Positions 13,923-27,309 of a stretch of DNA of 64,000 bases are shown here, piece after piece. How positions within the stretch are numbered: the first letter of the stretch is position 1; each line of letters opens with the position of its first letter. The DNA is taken from the NCBI GenBank assembly GCA_965203295.1, contig CBDBCZ010000012.1:608001-672000 (forward strand), given 5' to 3'. The position numbers and the translations under genes were made by a program. The stretch comes from Nitrospirales bacterium. GTDB lineage: Bacteria > Nitrospirota > Nitrospiria > Nitrospirales > UBA8639. Under the pieces are notes generated by a model. That model did not search any database. It saw only the letters and a list, made by a program, of their open reading frames with translations, and was not told the DNA's origin.

Positions 13923-15599
13923 GAGCCAACAGGACCTGTGGGGAAAAGGGGAGTGGCCGTGGGACAGGTGGGTGACATGGCTGTCATGTGGTTGTCACAT
14001 TCGTTGCTGACTACTTTTTGCATGTTATATCTGCATATGCACACATGTCCGACACAGCCTCAAACCAGTGGTACAGGTCAAGCAAGTCATCTAACAGGTG
14101 ACCAGCGATCTGGACTGGGCTCCCTCAGGGAAGTCTCCAGGGACAGCCCCGCCCTCTTCAGCCAGCGATGTCCCCGAGGCCAGGCCTCCCTCTCTTCAAT
14201 TGACTCGCTGTACCATGGTATTCACCTCAAACAGGAACACCACCTTAGATCAATACATCCCAGTGCCAGTGAGTTCAGTGCTGTAGATACTATCTAACAT
14301 AAACTTATATTTTTGGGTGGTGAACAGATCTGGTCACAGTCTTGTCTTGTGCCCATGGCAGATCTGTTCTCCACCCAAGGACGTCTTGTGGCGAGATCTG
14401 TTCACCACCCAAAGGCTATTATGTACATGTACAGCATATAGTATGCATTAGCAGGTTTGTTAGCTTGGCATATGCTATGGATGTTCCTTGCAGTTAAACA
14501 GTCTTGTAAACTGTGGTATATTTATTCATTTTAGGGTCAGATGTACGATGTTGAGCTGTTACATGTACAACCAAGTTTTATTCATGTTTGTGTGCTGATT
14601 GAAGTGCATGATTGTCCTTGTGTACATGGATGAATTCATGTTGTGGTAAACGGAGATGGGTATTATGTAGCTAGCCGTGTTCCCAGTTGAACCGTGCCTC
14701 ATTCCAAGACTCCATGCACACTATTATACAAACCTTGACAGAAGAGGGTTGTCTTACAAGGGAACGAGAACAGTGTGAAGAGTTTCTGACATCCCTGCAG
14801 CATTGATATACGGAGAGTATGTACTGCCATGTCTTTCTTGGTCGCCGTACCCTCTGTGAGTGGGGCGGGGCTAGCTACCCAACCCAACTGATTATCATAC
14901 ATCACCCCTTTGCACACGCAACGGTTGGAGTTACATTGCTACTGAGTGGGGCTCATGATGTGACACTGACAGGCACTGATGCTAGATTGCAAGGATGAGT
15001 GATCATGAGGGAGGCAGTATGTGTTGCAATAATGCTACAACTTTCATGGTACAGATCTAGAGTATGTACTTCCACTTTCATGGGTAGTTCCACGATCTAT
15101 TGATCATTTCATGGCGTTCAAACTTTTCATGCCACTGGTGTTTACCATTTCATGGGCTACTTCATGGGTTAATGTTTCCTTTCCCCAAAAAATCGGGTTT
15201 TCATGGGATAATCATGGGAATAAATACCCTTTTCTTTTTCCATTAAATTCCTATGACGCTATCTTCATGGCGTACTTCATGGATAAACAAGGCTTTTCAT
15301 GACTATTTCAAGCTTTATCATGGTAAGTAGCAGGGCTAGTGACAGTGTGTATTCATGCAGGCTTATTAGTACTCACTTGGAATGTAATTTCAGCCCATGA
15401 CTGTACTTAGATTCTGCTATGCAGGAGCTACTGTTGGGTGGGGCTCGTACAAAAGTATGTCTGGGTACTAACGAGGCTGGAATTACAGGCATAGCCTAAC
15501 TCTCAATACATATCCACCCCCTTCTCAGTGCCGCCTACAAGAAGGACAGTTATGCCATTAAGCATTAATTAGGCCACCATTGCAGTTGACATGTGAAAA

Positions 15600-15719
15600 A
15601 GATGTAGGGATGAGGCTGTGTATGTTGCGTTCATGCTATCACTACCCTTGTTTTCTTGCTTTTTGGCACTCCATCCCTACATCTTTTTAATTTTTTTTGA
15701 ATTTTTTTTATTTTCTTGT
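15600..15719 (-). repeat. Module A copy (inverted)
   Basis: Reverse complement of the 1987-2107 module. Confidence 0.9.
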
Positions 15720-15931
15720 TTCTGTAGTTTTTATACTTTTGTCATAATCTCAATAAATAATTGTTAATGATTGATAATATAACACGAGTACAATGATATA
15801 TAAACATAATATACTGCATAAATACTGATGATGTATATGTGTACTAATAGTAATGGTTATTAACGACGTTGCATCTGGCGATCTGCATAAAGAACACAAT
15901 AATGTAATAATAACGTTGAACGATAGTGACT

Positions 15932-16224
15932 TCAAGACTGCAAACTTACATTTGGGCGATAATCGCGCGGGCCGCCACGGCCATGGCCGCGGCCACGCGC
16001 ACGACCACGACGGCCGTGGCCGAGCCCGGCGAAGAACCTCTCCAAATAGAAGGGGTCGGCCGGGACCGGGGCAGGGGCAGGGGCCGCAGGGGCAGGGGCA
16101 GGGGCCGCAGGGACTGGGGCAGGGGCCGCAGGGACCGGGGCAGGGGCAGGGGCTGCAGGGGCCGGGGCGGGGGCCTCGTCTTCAGAGAACCCCCCCTCTA
16201 AGATATCCAAGTCAATTGACATTT
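15932..16224 (-). CDS. Acidic/(Pro-Ala)n/Arg-Gly microprotein, terminal exon (copy 1, open frame)
   Basis: Acceptor TTTTCTCAACAG|AA ATG; reads MSIDLDILEGGFSEDEAPAPAP..PFYLERFFAGLGHGRRGRARGRG..LQS*. Confidence 0.55.
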
Positions 16225-19009
16225 CTGTTGAGAAAAGAACAATACTGTACATGAAAATTAGATTGATTCTGTGCTCCTGAAATGCTGCAACGACGACTAC
16301 TTCAGCATTCTTCATGCTTAGCTCTGAAATATGAAGAGAGCACGAGATTGAGTATACTCTTATATAATGAGCTCGAGTAAGTCATAGTTTACTTGCTGAA
16401 CCCTCATGCATATCTGCATTGCCATCAAATCCCTCTTGCGCCAAATTGTCGTCTACAATAAAGCAATGGCAAAGAGAGCCTTCAATATACGTATGGGTAT
16501 TTGCAAGTTCAGCCACGAACCAGAAATTAAGTGAATTGGAAAGGCTTAAACACAAGAATGTTAATTCAAGATCCTGTATACCACACCAGGTTGATAACCC
16601 GGCCTCCCCCTTCGGGCAAAGTCCAGGGAGTCTGGGTCCTCAGCCTTCTTGTTGGGCTCCTCCATAACAGCTGCGCTCGTGAATGTGCATATCATGCTGT
16701 TTAAGACAGTATGATGCACATACGTACCACACAAACACCACACACCGAATAATTATCAACTAGCACAAATTGATGTAATGCTACAACACGTACATTCATA
16801 TATTGCTGAATGGATATACCTGCCACACCACTGTCCTAGGACTGGCTTCTGGCTAGCTAGCTCAGTGTATACCAACCTGGGAATGGCACCAAAGACGATC
16901 TTCCTGGGAAAGCCCGCCATTGTCGAGTGAAGGGGCTGATAAGACGAGTTGCTGCAGATCCCTGTAGATTTGGTGATTAGTGCATTTAACTGATTGTTGA
17001 CATCACTGAGGTTAACAAAACTGATGATTTTAGATATATACCTATCAAACGCTACTCTTTAAAAAAAAAACACAATTCTGCCACTCCAGCAAGAAAGCAA
17101 CCTCCTGAAGTACAACAGTGAGTTCAGTTGGCCTAAACGAAATTTTTTATTTCCTTAATTTCTTACTCTGCATGTAATTTTCTTTTGTACTGTGGTCTTG
17201 TACGTGTTTGCAGGGTAAGCTCTGTAGCCTTTCAGCCATGTTGTAAGTGAGTAAAACACACACAGTGAACCAAGACTCCAACCCGGATGTAGTAGTAGCA
17301 CAGTACTGCGCATTGTATTGCCATCATATTAGCACTAGTTTAGAAATACTGTGCTTGCCTTCCTCATGGTTCACCATCTGCTGCATTGTGGCCTTGACAC
17401 CTTGTGCTTCACTGGCTCCATTCACTGAAGCTTCCCATATTCCATTGGACTTCTCACAGTAGAATAGTATGTCATTCTACAACTGATTCTATGCCATTCT
17501 ACTGCATTCTGCTGCTGATTCTACAACCATTCTACTGCAATCTACTACATTCTGTGTTTTTCCCCGTAGATCAAAGGCATTAGTGTTTTGGACAAAAGTG
17601 TTGTCAGTGTTGGTGTGGAGGGTGCCCCTTAAGTGACTGTGACAGCAGACAAATGGGTATTTTGTTACTGCTGTCCTCTCATTACAGATCCACGTGCACC
17701 AAATATAATCAGGAGTGGGAGAGGGGGGTATTACTACTTGGACAATCTCTCTACTGCTTCATCAAAGCTGATGTGTTCGAATTCCATCATTGTTCTGATC
17801 ATTGCCTGAATGTCCACAAGAGAGGATAGAAAGAGGGTAACAATTTTTTCCATTGTAGTCAGTACGGTGCTTACCTCTGGTAGTAAGACATCCTGTGCAT
17901 ACGTAAACCGAAGTAAGAAGAAGGCAACGTGTCACTGTGAGTGGCTGCGTTGAAGTGCTTGGCTAGTCACTGATCTTGCACTAGCAGATGCAGTCCATAC
18001 TCGAGTCTTGATTACGGGTAGAAAACCCACACGCCCTTTGCACGTAACGTGTCCGGGTCGCCCAACACAGTCAGCCGTCAGATGATTTTGTTACTCCACG
18101 ATTTCAATGGTACATAGTTTCAGTAACGCAGATAGTGAAGGCAAGGGTGTAGGATGAGGTTTGGTCTACAAAAAATAAACAAAAAAACAATGTGTGTTGC
18201 CTGTGGAATGTACATATGCTGGCAATATAATCAAATCCTGAGTGCAATGCAGGCATCATAATTATATTAAGACTTGCCATCCGTCTTCTTTCAAGTAGTA
18301 TTTTCACATCCTTTTCCCCTTCTTTGCTGCCTGTGGAATGTACATAATTATGCTGGCAATATAATCATCCTTCATCCTATATTTGTGTTCATTAGGGAGC
18401 TATGAATGTAATTACCTTATTTGGTGGTCGCCCTTTGGGTGGCTTGGTGTTTCTATCTGCATTTCTTTCGCATTTCAGTCAAAACTTTTTTCTACCCTTT
18501 TCGAGATATCTGTGCTTGTAGTATAGGTTATGTGGAGATAATGACACTCAAATTATTAGAGATGATTCATGAAAAGGTCAGGTACTCTCAAAGAAGTAAC
18601 GACACAAAGCAATGAGTTTACCAGTGTTTGCTGTAATTATTTCATTTAGTTTCTCAGTTTTGCACCACACTACAGTGAATGGCATTTGCCTTCCTAGTTG
18701 CAATTTACATTTTAGCTTCACAGCTATTAAATAGTTCTTATAAAAACTACACAAGGGAGTTGATATGGTCACTCGAACCTAGGTCGTATTCGCTGTGGAG
18801 GGGCGACCGACTGTGAGGGTGGTCTAGGCGGTGGTTGTCTTACTGATGTCACTTGAGTCTTCCTGTTCCTTAGTACCAGACACTATGGAGGAGTGAGCAC
18901 TATGTGAATCAGCAGTTAAATGTTCTGAAATTAACTAACTTACTGTAATGTTCCAAATATTCCAGTGGGATTATTTCTTCGCCAAGTATCACAGTGTTTA
19001 CGAAACCTC

Positions 19010-20518
19010 GACTGACTGTGAGGGTGGTCTAGGTGGTGGTTGTAGCAGGATGGACATGCTACTTATCTGGATACCTCCACCCACCTGCAACAGCAACTGG
19101 CACATACCAAGTGGTTACAATTAAGCCAACTCAACTGGCTGGTCCAAGATTCGACAACATTTTGGGAGTCGATGAAATGGGGTTGGTCGCTCATTAGCTT
19201 ATTAATTTGCTGAATTTCTGCTATAGGGCTACACCCAGCAGGCCGTCCACGATTCTTCCTCGCATAGTTCTTCCTCCCCCTTCTAGCTGCTGCCACCAGA
19301 TGCTCACACACCGAAAAGAGGCAGGACGTTTTACAGGTATACGAACTACGAACTCAACATATCTCCCCCTCCCCATGCTTAAACTCTAGCTACATACACA
19401 ACATGCTTCCTCCTGGTGTTCTTTCCAATAGAAAACCTCAGTCATGTGCTCATAAGGAACACCCTCGCAAGCAAGCAGTACATATATGTTTCTGGGTCTT
19501 CCTTATCAAATACCTCTCCTTCTGGAAGACACAGGAGTCCAATCATCGGTGCCACATCCTTTGTAGGATTGGTAATCATCTCCTCTGTGAGGCACCGAAC
19601 AAACACATCATCAACCGGCCTCACAAGGCAAGCACCAACTCCCTAGAACTCTGCAACACGTTGAGGCTTTACCGTATCTGCAGCTGTTGCTACTTTTGTT
19701 TATACTCCCCTTGTCTTGAAATAATTCCAAATGTATTCTTCTCGATGTTCTCACTAAATCCTCCAGAAATGTGCATTGTGCAGTTGGGAATTTCACACAT
19801 TCTTATGTGCATTCATTACTGGCAGTATCAGTGAGCAGAGGACGTACCAGTATATGCATTAGTACCAGTATGGGCCGTTATTGTATTGCAGTATAGCGCC
19901 AAATTTCAAGGCGCATAATTTTCGTGGTTTGGTCATACTGAACATTTTGCGGACCAAGGATGTTTCTTTTCCCCACCCATTTATTGTTCGCCACACCCCT
20001 AGACCAGACTTCACGTTTAGCACATGTTAAACAAAGCTGCACTGCTGCACGCTTCCCTATCTGGCAACGCCAGCGCAATGCCTCTGCAACGCTTGCACAA
20101 TGCCTGTGCAACGCTTGCGCAGCGCTTCACAAACACCTTTCCTGGTGAGGCTCTCGTGAAGCAAAAGTGTTGGATGCCCCATAGGGCACTCTGGCAGAAT
20201 GGAGAGTGAAGTGGTCAGCCCAGTCATAGGTCGGGACTATGACAGTTCCATCTTGCGTTCCAACAAACTGTACAGCATTCACCTCTGTGGACTGTTCTAG
20301 CACAACACAGCTCTTTGCTTTTCCTCCTTTGGCGGCTTTAACTCTTAGTTTCTCGCTTACTTTGTCATACAGGCAGCTGATTCTGGTGTGCCGATGCCGT
20401 CTCTTGAAGAGGCCAAGGCACCAATCTGGTGAGAACTTCGTATGGCCCACTGTGAGGAAGCTGAGTGTAATAGTTTCCTGTAGTCCCACCATGGCCATCT
20501 ACCTCCAGGTACTGCATC
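19010..20518 (-). mobile_element. Degenerate Sola-like DDE transposase fragment plus flanking DNA (copy 1 of a ~1.5-kb duplication)
   Basis: LSFLTVGHTKFSPDWCLGLFKRR..VPTYDWADHF motif; near-identical to ~23294-24970. Confidence 0.65.
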
Positions 20519-21892
20519 ATGTACGTATAATAGTATAAAGTTTTTAGAAGGGAATTATCTTTCGATTCTGTGGTTCAGTTTTCTGTAATAGAAATTCGAT
20601 AGTTTAACTTTGGAAATTGACATGCAACTGACCTTATACAGTTCAATGAATTGAGCAGAATTTTACTCCTATTCAACTAAAGCTATTTTAGCCATACTAA
20701 TGTATATACACACCTTTTTCTTGGGGGGTTGGACCTCATGATGGAGGACCTCCCTAAGGACCTCCCTGAAAACCTCCCTGAGATCTACTGATGACTGCAA
20801 GAACAAAGCGTAGAGATAACTACTACTTTAGGACCTCCCCATCATCCCCACAGTGAAGACAAACAATTACTTACATGTTCACCACCCTGGGGCTGGGAGT
20901 GCTGGGAGGTCTGAGGGGGCAGATTAAGTACTCTACAGTAATTACACCCTGACATTGTAAACAAGGCTGTAGAGATAGTATAGACTGGCCTAGGGCATCC
21001 TTGAACATACCTCACCGGGGTCACTTGCAGAATGCTGCTGTTCCCTGAGCAGCTCCTTTGCATGATGGCAGAATAATTAAAAATGCCAATACGATAGCTA
21101 GTTGGACTGTTTGAGCTCAGCTTCCTCCATCCCTCAAGCATTTTACTGTACCTGTTCTTGTTCTGGCCACTGCAATTGTTGGCTTGCAGCTGCATTTCGT
21201 TGGCTTCTGAGTAGGATTCTCCTCTTGCAGGAGTCTGGCTGCGTATGTTCTCTGCGTGTATATGCATATATATAGGAAGAGTCTTGTAAGCAACTGCAAA
21301 TGAGATAAGTAATATGTACATGTATACAGAACAATGATAACTGACTCACAGCTACCACTTTCGGATGCTCCGGCTGCTTAATATTCTCCCAGCAGTGCTG
21401 GGCAAATCGAAGAGCTCGAATCATTCTCAGGGCCTACAAGGAAGATACAGTAAGAACAATAATATTAGTACACTATATAGGGCTATACAGCTACTTAAGA
21501 GATATATGTACGCATCTAAAACGTACTGTCACTTTTTTCCTCTTCGGATCGGATAATGTCCGAAAAGTATAGCAGGAGATGTATTCGTTGTCAAGATCTT
21601 TTACTGTATACATAAAAAAAACTTCGAGTCTTCCTTGCTCACAAAACCATTGGTGATGGTTTCAGTGAGATGGTTGGTCATCTCCTTGACGATCTTCTCA
21701 TACTGGGGGAAGTCATCACTGGTCGTATTCAGTTCCTTCACTCTCAGAAACCGCTGGAAAAAAATAGTTATTGTTAACGCCCCTGGCACTGACAGAAATG
21801 TGACGACACTGTAGCAGGTAGGTCAATTATTTAATTGACGAGGCTGCCAACACCGGGAATGGGGCCAACACCATCATATCTATGCTCCCCCA

Positions 21893-22545
21893 CTACCTCC
21901 AAACACATTCCTTTGGAGAAGGCCACCTGGTAGAAGAAGCGTCCTGGATGGCTTGAGCTACATATGCATGCATCTCAGCTTTCTTGATGACCTGTGAGAA
22001 GTGTAAGCCCAATTTATTGAAATGGGAAGAGGCTGTATACCAATAATCAATTTCCTCAGGGTCAGCCCCACAGAAGTAGTCCTTTAACAGATCGAAAAAG
22101 GTGGGGCGATCGGCGGGACCGAAAAGTCCAAAGTTGTCGTCGGCGAGGCGATTTACGGCCATGGCTACTGTTCGTTCCATTGTGCCAAGCCATCAGACAG
22201 TGAATATAGCTCCATGATCATAGCATGCAGCTGAATACATAAACCTTGTTTTCTTGAGTTTGCACTTACCCTCTGCAAACTCATTTAAAAGGCGCTTTCG
22301 AGGCGTTAGGGTTTTATATCACCTCCTACAGTCTAGTAAATGAGACAACATGTCGTATGTGACAATACCGAGACAATGCAAGGACGTACCTTTTCTTGTA
22401 CACTAGGTTAGCAACCAATTCCATTTACTATGTTGGAGAAGCTGGTCCAGGATCATGCCGTGCGTTTGGGATTATTACTCCCCCATGCAAGCGTTCTTGG
22501 AGGTCATTGTACAAACTCCAGTAGCACAAAAACCTGCCAAACCCA
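21893..22545 (-). mobile_element. 5' part of the Sola-like element (N-terminal exon and leader)
   Basis: MERTVAMAVNRLADDNFG..FFDLLKDYFCG; homologous to ~27310-27735. Confidence 0.5.
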
Positions 22546-22551
22546 TTGTGC

Positions 22552-22663
22552 ACAAGAAAATAAAAAAAAAATAAAAAAGATGTAGGGATGGAGTGCCAAA
22601 AAGCAAGAAAACAAGGAATAAGGATAGCATGAACGCAACATACACAGCCCCATCCCTACATCT
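22552..22663 (+). repeat. Module A copy
   Basis: Same stem-loop sequence, followed by ~60 bp of the central segment in reverse orientation. Confidence 0.9.
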
Positions 22664-22720
22664 TTTTCACATGTCAACTGCAATTATGGCCATATTAATT
22701 TATAATGGCATAGCTGTCCT

Positions 22721-23259
22721 TCATGAACGCAACGAACTGCCACGGCCACGGGTGCGGCCGTGGTCTCGACGGCCTTCCATGCGCGCGACCAGCTCTGCTG
22801 CAGCTACCTTGGCAGGCTTTCTTGCCGCAAAGTCGAACCAGAGCGCTCTCAGGTAGGGTTCAGGGAGAGGGGCCGGGGTCGGTGCAGGGGCCGGAGCAGG
22901 AGCTTCTTCTTCCTCTTCCAAGGAAAACCCTTCCTCTAATAGGTCTACATCAATCGACATTTGTGTTGAGAAAAGAACAATATTACAATACTGTACATTC
23001 ACATTCATAATAGTACCTGCAAATTAATACATTGTTAAGCAGTTTTTGTCTGACAAAGAAGTGGATTACGCTATCATTAATAAAAATTAGAACCACAATT
23101 ACATTGTGTGCAAGAGCGCTACTTTAAAGTTATCAGTTCAACGCTTCGCTTACTTCCAAGTAGTAATACTGCAATCCTACCATCCTCATCCCGGCGCTCG
23201 TCGTCGTTTGCCGACGCCTCGCTTTCGTCCCGGGGGCCTGGGCGTTCTGAATCGGACAT
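22721..23259 (-). pseudogene. Microprotein family copy 2 (two exons; acceptor AG mutated to AC)
   Basis: Exon 1 23259-23181 MSDSERPGPRDESEASANDDERRDED + GT donor (phase 1). Exon 2 from 22962 (E)MSIDVDLLEEGFSLEEEEEAPAPAP..RGRG. Confidence 0.55.
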
Positions 23260-23293
23260 TGCTAATTTGCTGCTGAATTAGGCTGAGCAAATG

Positions 23294-24975
23294 TGGTCTA
23301 GGTGGTGGTTGTAGCAGGATGGACATGCTACTTATCTGGATACCTCCACCCACCTGCAACAGCAACTGGCACATACCAAGTGGTTACACTTAAGCCAACT
23401 CAACTGGCTGGTCCAAGATTCGGCAACATTTTGGGCACAGAAGTTTGGCTGGTTGTCCAGAAGTGGTATATATATATCCAACTCCATCCTGAGAATCTAT
23501 GAAATGGGGTTGGTCGCTCACTAGCTTTTTAATTTGCTGAATTGCTGCTATAGGGCTACATCCAGCAGGCCGTCCACGATTCTTCCTCGCATAGTTCTTC
23601 CTCCCCCCTCTAGCTGCTGCCACCAGATGCTCACACACCGAAAAGAGGCAGGACGTCTTACAGGTATACGAACTACGAACTCAACATATCTCCCCCTCCT
23701 CATGCTTAAACTCTGGCTACATACACACTTTACATGTTTATCACCCTGGGACTCAGATGACAGAGACTGGGGCTGGGAGGCCTTGGACTGGGAGGTCTGA
23801 GGGAGAAGAATGGGAGTAGAATGGTCAGTAGAATGATCAGTAGAATGGCAGTAGAATGGGAGTAAAATAATCAACATGCTTCCTCCTAGTGTTCCTTCCA
23901 ATAGAAAACCTCAGTCATGTGCTCATAAGGAATACCCTCGGAAGAAAGCAGTACATATATGCTTCTGGGTCCTCCTTATCAAATACCTCTCCTTCTGGAA
24001 GACACAGGAGTCCGATCATCGGTGCCACATCCTTTGTAGGATTGGTAATCATCTCCTCTGTGAGGCACTGAACAAACACATCATCAACCGGCCTCACAAG
24101 GCAAGCACCAACTCCCTAGAACTCTGCAACACGTTGAGGCTTTACCGTATCTGCAGCTGTCGCTACTTTTGTTTATACTCCCCTCGTCTTGAAATAATTC
24201 CAAATGTATTCTTCTGGATGTTCTCACTAAATCCTCCAGAAATCTGCGTTGTGCAGTTGGGAATTTCACACATTCTTATATGCATTCATTACCGGCAGTA
24301 TCAGTGAGCAGAGGACGTACCAGTATATGCATTAGTACCAGTATGGGCCGTTATTGTATTGCAGTATAGCGCCAAATTTCGAGGCACATAATTTTCGTGG
24401 TTTGGTCATACTGAACATTTTGCGGACCAAGGATGTTTCTTTTCCCCACCCATTTATTGTTCGCCACACCCCTAGACCAGACTTCACGTTTAGCACATGT
24501 TAAACAAAGATGCACTGCTGCACACTTCCCTATCTGGCAACGCCAGCGCAATGCCTGTGCAACGCTTGCACAATGCCTGTGCTCACAAACACCTTTCCTG
24601 GTGAGGCTCTCGTGAAGCAAAGTGTTGGATGCCCCGTAGGGCACTCTGGCAGAATGGAGAGTGAAGTGATCAGCCCAGTCATAGGTCGGGACTATGACAG
24701 TTCCATCTTGCGCTCCAGCAAACTGTACAGCATTCACCTCTGCGGACTGTTCTAGCACAACACAGCTCTTTGCTTTTCCTCCTTTGGCGGCTTTAACTCT
24801 TAGTTTCTCGCATACTTTGTCGTACAGGCAGCTGATTCTGGTGTGCCGATGCCGTCTCTTGAAGAGGCCAAGGCACCAATCTGGTGAGAACTTTGTGTGG
24901 CCCACTGTAAGGAAGCTGAGTGCAATGGTTTCCTGTAGCCCCACCGTGCACCTCCAGGCAAGATACTGCATCAGG
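23294..24975 (-). mobile_element. Degenerate Sola-like transposase fragment (copy 2)
   Basis: HLMQYLAWRCTVGLQETIALSFLTVGHTKFSPDWCLGLFK. The companion catalytic-region motif NNCSGQNKN occurs at ~21150-21190 and ~25592-25635. Confidence 0.65.
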
Positions 24976-26049
24976 TGCCTAATGGCATAATTGCCGAGCG
25001 CCTTAGCGCGAGGCAACTAATCCTGCATCGTATCTCAGCAAGCGTTTGTATATATATAATATATATATGTATGTATGTGTCACGCTTAGGAATGCAATTG
25101 TACTGTGCATGGCGTGGCCGGCCCTTTTGTGGCTCAGTTCTCACGTGTTACTCCCACGTGTCGGCTGAAGTCGAGTCACGGAGTCCGACGACGATGGCGA
25201 GACGAGTGGGGAAAGGGCTAGGCATCTTGCTACACTATGCAAAAGAAAGCAATGAGCGGCATACAAAACCGAAGCTAAAAGACCAGAGGTGCGTACGCTT
25301 TTTAGCTAACAACAGTTGCTCTTTTTCGCTAGAGAAACAGAAGTCACCACCGCGTTAATTTTCGCCTTTGGAGAAGGATGAACTTGTCGAATTCACTTGC
25401 ACGTTTAGCTACCTCTCCTTTTCCTCTGTCGAATTCTCACACATTATAAACATGTGCTACCAAACCACACCTACTGAATGCTCGTGCACGAGGCTTATAC
25501 TGCGTATGCGTATCTCTAGTTATAATTAGAAATGCCTATAGCTAGTTGGACTGTTTGAGGTCGGCTTCCTCCATCCCTCAAGCATTTTACTGTACCTGTT
25601 TTTGTTCTGGCCACTGCAATTGTTGGCTTGCAGATGTAGGTGGCCTTCTAATGTGTTTGGAGGTAGTGATGTAGCATAGATATGATGGTGTTAGCCCCAT
25701 TCCCGGTGTTGGCAGCCTCGTCAATTAAATAATTGACCTACAAAGTTGGATGATTTAATGCCATAAATGATCAAGCACAAATGCAGTAACGTATGCTGAA
25801 CTGCCGAGGAATTACCTCACAGCAAATTCCTAATATTGCACACTTCCTTGGGGTGAGGAAGTACATGGGCCCTGTTATTTGAGAGTTGTGTTGTTTATTC
25901 TTTGTTGCAGCTGTTAGTAGTATACAGTTTCATGTAGCACATGATCACAATGAGATACCCCCAGGCCCCCACTTGCAATTCTACTAATGATTCATAAGTA
26001 GAATTGTAAGTAGAATCATCAGTAGAATGGATCATATAATTATTAATAA

Positions 26050-26700
26050 TTGATGACATTGTGTATACGCCTAGAATGGGAGTATATACGACTCATGTCA
26101 AGCTCCACCACAGGTCTGGTTTCCTGCCCTTTGCTATGGTTCGAAAAGGTTCGGTGGGGTTGAACTACCCCGAACTTCTGCTTTGTACTATGTAGGGAGG
26201 TCAACGATTCCCGCGCGGAGGACAACAAGGACAGAAGTGATAATAGAATCAATAGACAATCGATAGTGGCATAACAGCAGATTACAAGTACGACATGCAC
26301 TAGATTGAGTCCATACGATCAGTACTAGCATGTCACGTGTACGTGGCATTGTGTTATATAGTCTATCGGTCCAGGTTCAGAGTCCAGAGTTCATGACCTT
26401 ACACCTCCCCACCAAGCTCTGATGTGTCAACAGTGGAGCTGAAGAGCCATGTTGGGTCCTCTGATAACCGGAGGGTACTGGATGAGTGCACATGAAAGTT
26501 GGTCCCAGTTGACTGAGCGACCGGTCCATGCTGCCGAGATAAGCTTCTTCATGGATTTTACAGTGGCTTCTGCTTTGCCATTATAATCTGGGAGTAGTGA
26601 GGTGAAGATGTTACATGGGTCACACCCCAGGTTCGCAAAAAAATCAGTGAGGAGATGAGAGGTGAATTGTGGGCCTCCATCAGACCACAGCAGGTTCGGT
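26050..26700 (-). mobile_element. Gypsy-type LTR retrotransposon remnant: integrase core fragment, PPT and 3' LTR
   Basis: Minus strand LWSDGGPQFTS..WGVTHVTSSPHYSQ..NGKAEATVKSMKKLI (frameshifted). Polypurine GGTGGGGAGG is followed by TGTAAGG at 26403; the LTR end is uncertain (~26050-26096). Confidence 0.8.
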
Positions 26701-27309
26701 TGGCGTATAATAGTATGAGTTACTTGTTACTAAGTTATGGACAGGCTCACTCACTTCATCCTGAGCTGAGGGAATGGGAGAGGGGTGGGCCTGGGGGGAG
26801 AGTATAACAAGTACTTCCAGCCCCATGGGTGTGGGGCATGAATTTACTTACCAGCCTCTTAGCTTGTCTTGATACCTCTAATACTTGTTTCGCTTTCTCG
26901 TATTTGCTTTTCTTCAATGCTTCAGGTGTCTCTATATCATTGTAATTGCAGGCTCTGGTCTGTTGGCTGTGGAGAAATACAATACCATTGGAATAAATAA
27001 CCATTTACTTGCACATCAGAATTTTGAAGTAAACGCTTCACTGTTGTGCACTTCCCAGACACTCTGTGGTCACACTTATGTTGGAGATCACCAATGCATG
27101 GGGTCACTCGGATAATGCACCTGCATGGGTATTGGTATCTGCCATAAAGCTATAATACCATTGTCTCTGTTTACCTGCTGTGCCATATCAAAAGATGTGC
27201 GCAGTTAGGGCAGCATTGTGCAAGGGTGACAGTCGGGAGTACAGTGCAGGAGGCTGAAGCTTGCCAACAAAGCCTGATAAAGTGTCTCCTTGATGAGGCC
27301 ACGCTAGAA

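Larger units (their letters stand above)
2642..15341 (+). mobile_element. CACTA/EnSpm DNA transposon, full length (~12.7 kb)
   Basis: Starts CACTA (2642) and ends TAGTG (15337-15341), with ACA on both sides (2639-2641, 15342-15344) as 3-bp TSD. Subterminal CATGAAA/CATGG motifs on the left are mirrored by TTTCATG/TTCATGG on the right. Contains a TnpD-type transposase. The two flanks are contiguous in an empty paralogous site near 37000-37030. Confidence 0.9.

Noticed and set aside
19400..19834. 143-aa ORF repeated at 23876-24307
   Set aside because: Its conservation is explained by the recent duplication; there is no motif, and the coding strand appears to be the degraded opposite strand.
21350..21435. 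ALRMIRALRF resembling a voltage-sensor S4 helix
   Set aside because: No flanking transmembrane segments; an isolated exon-like fragment.
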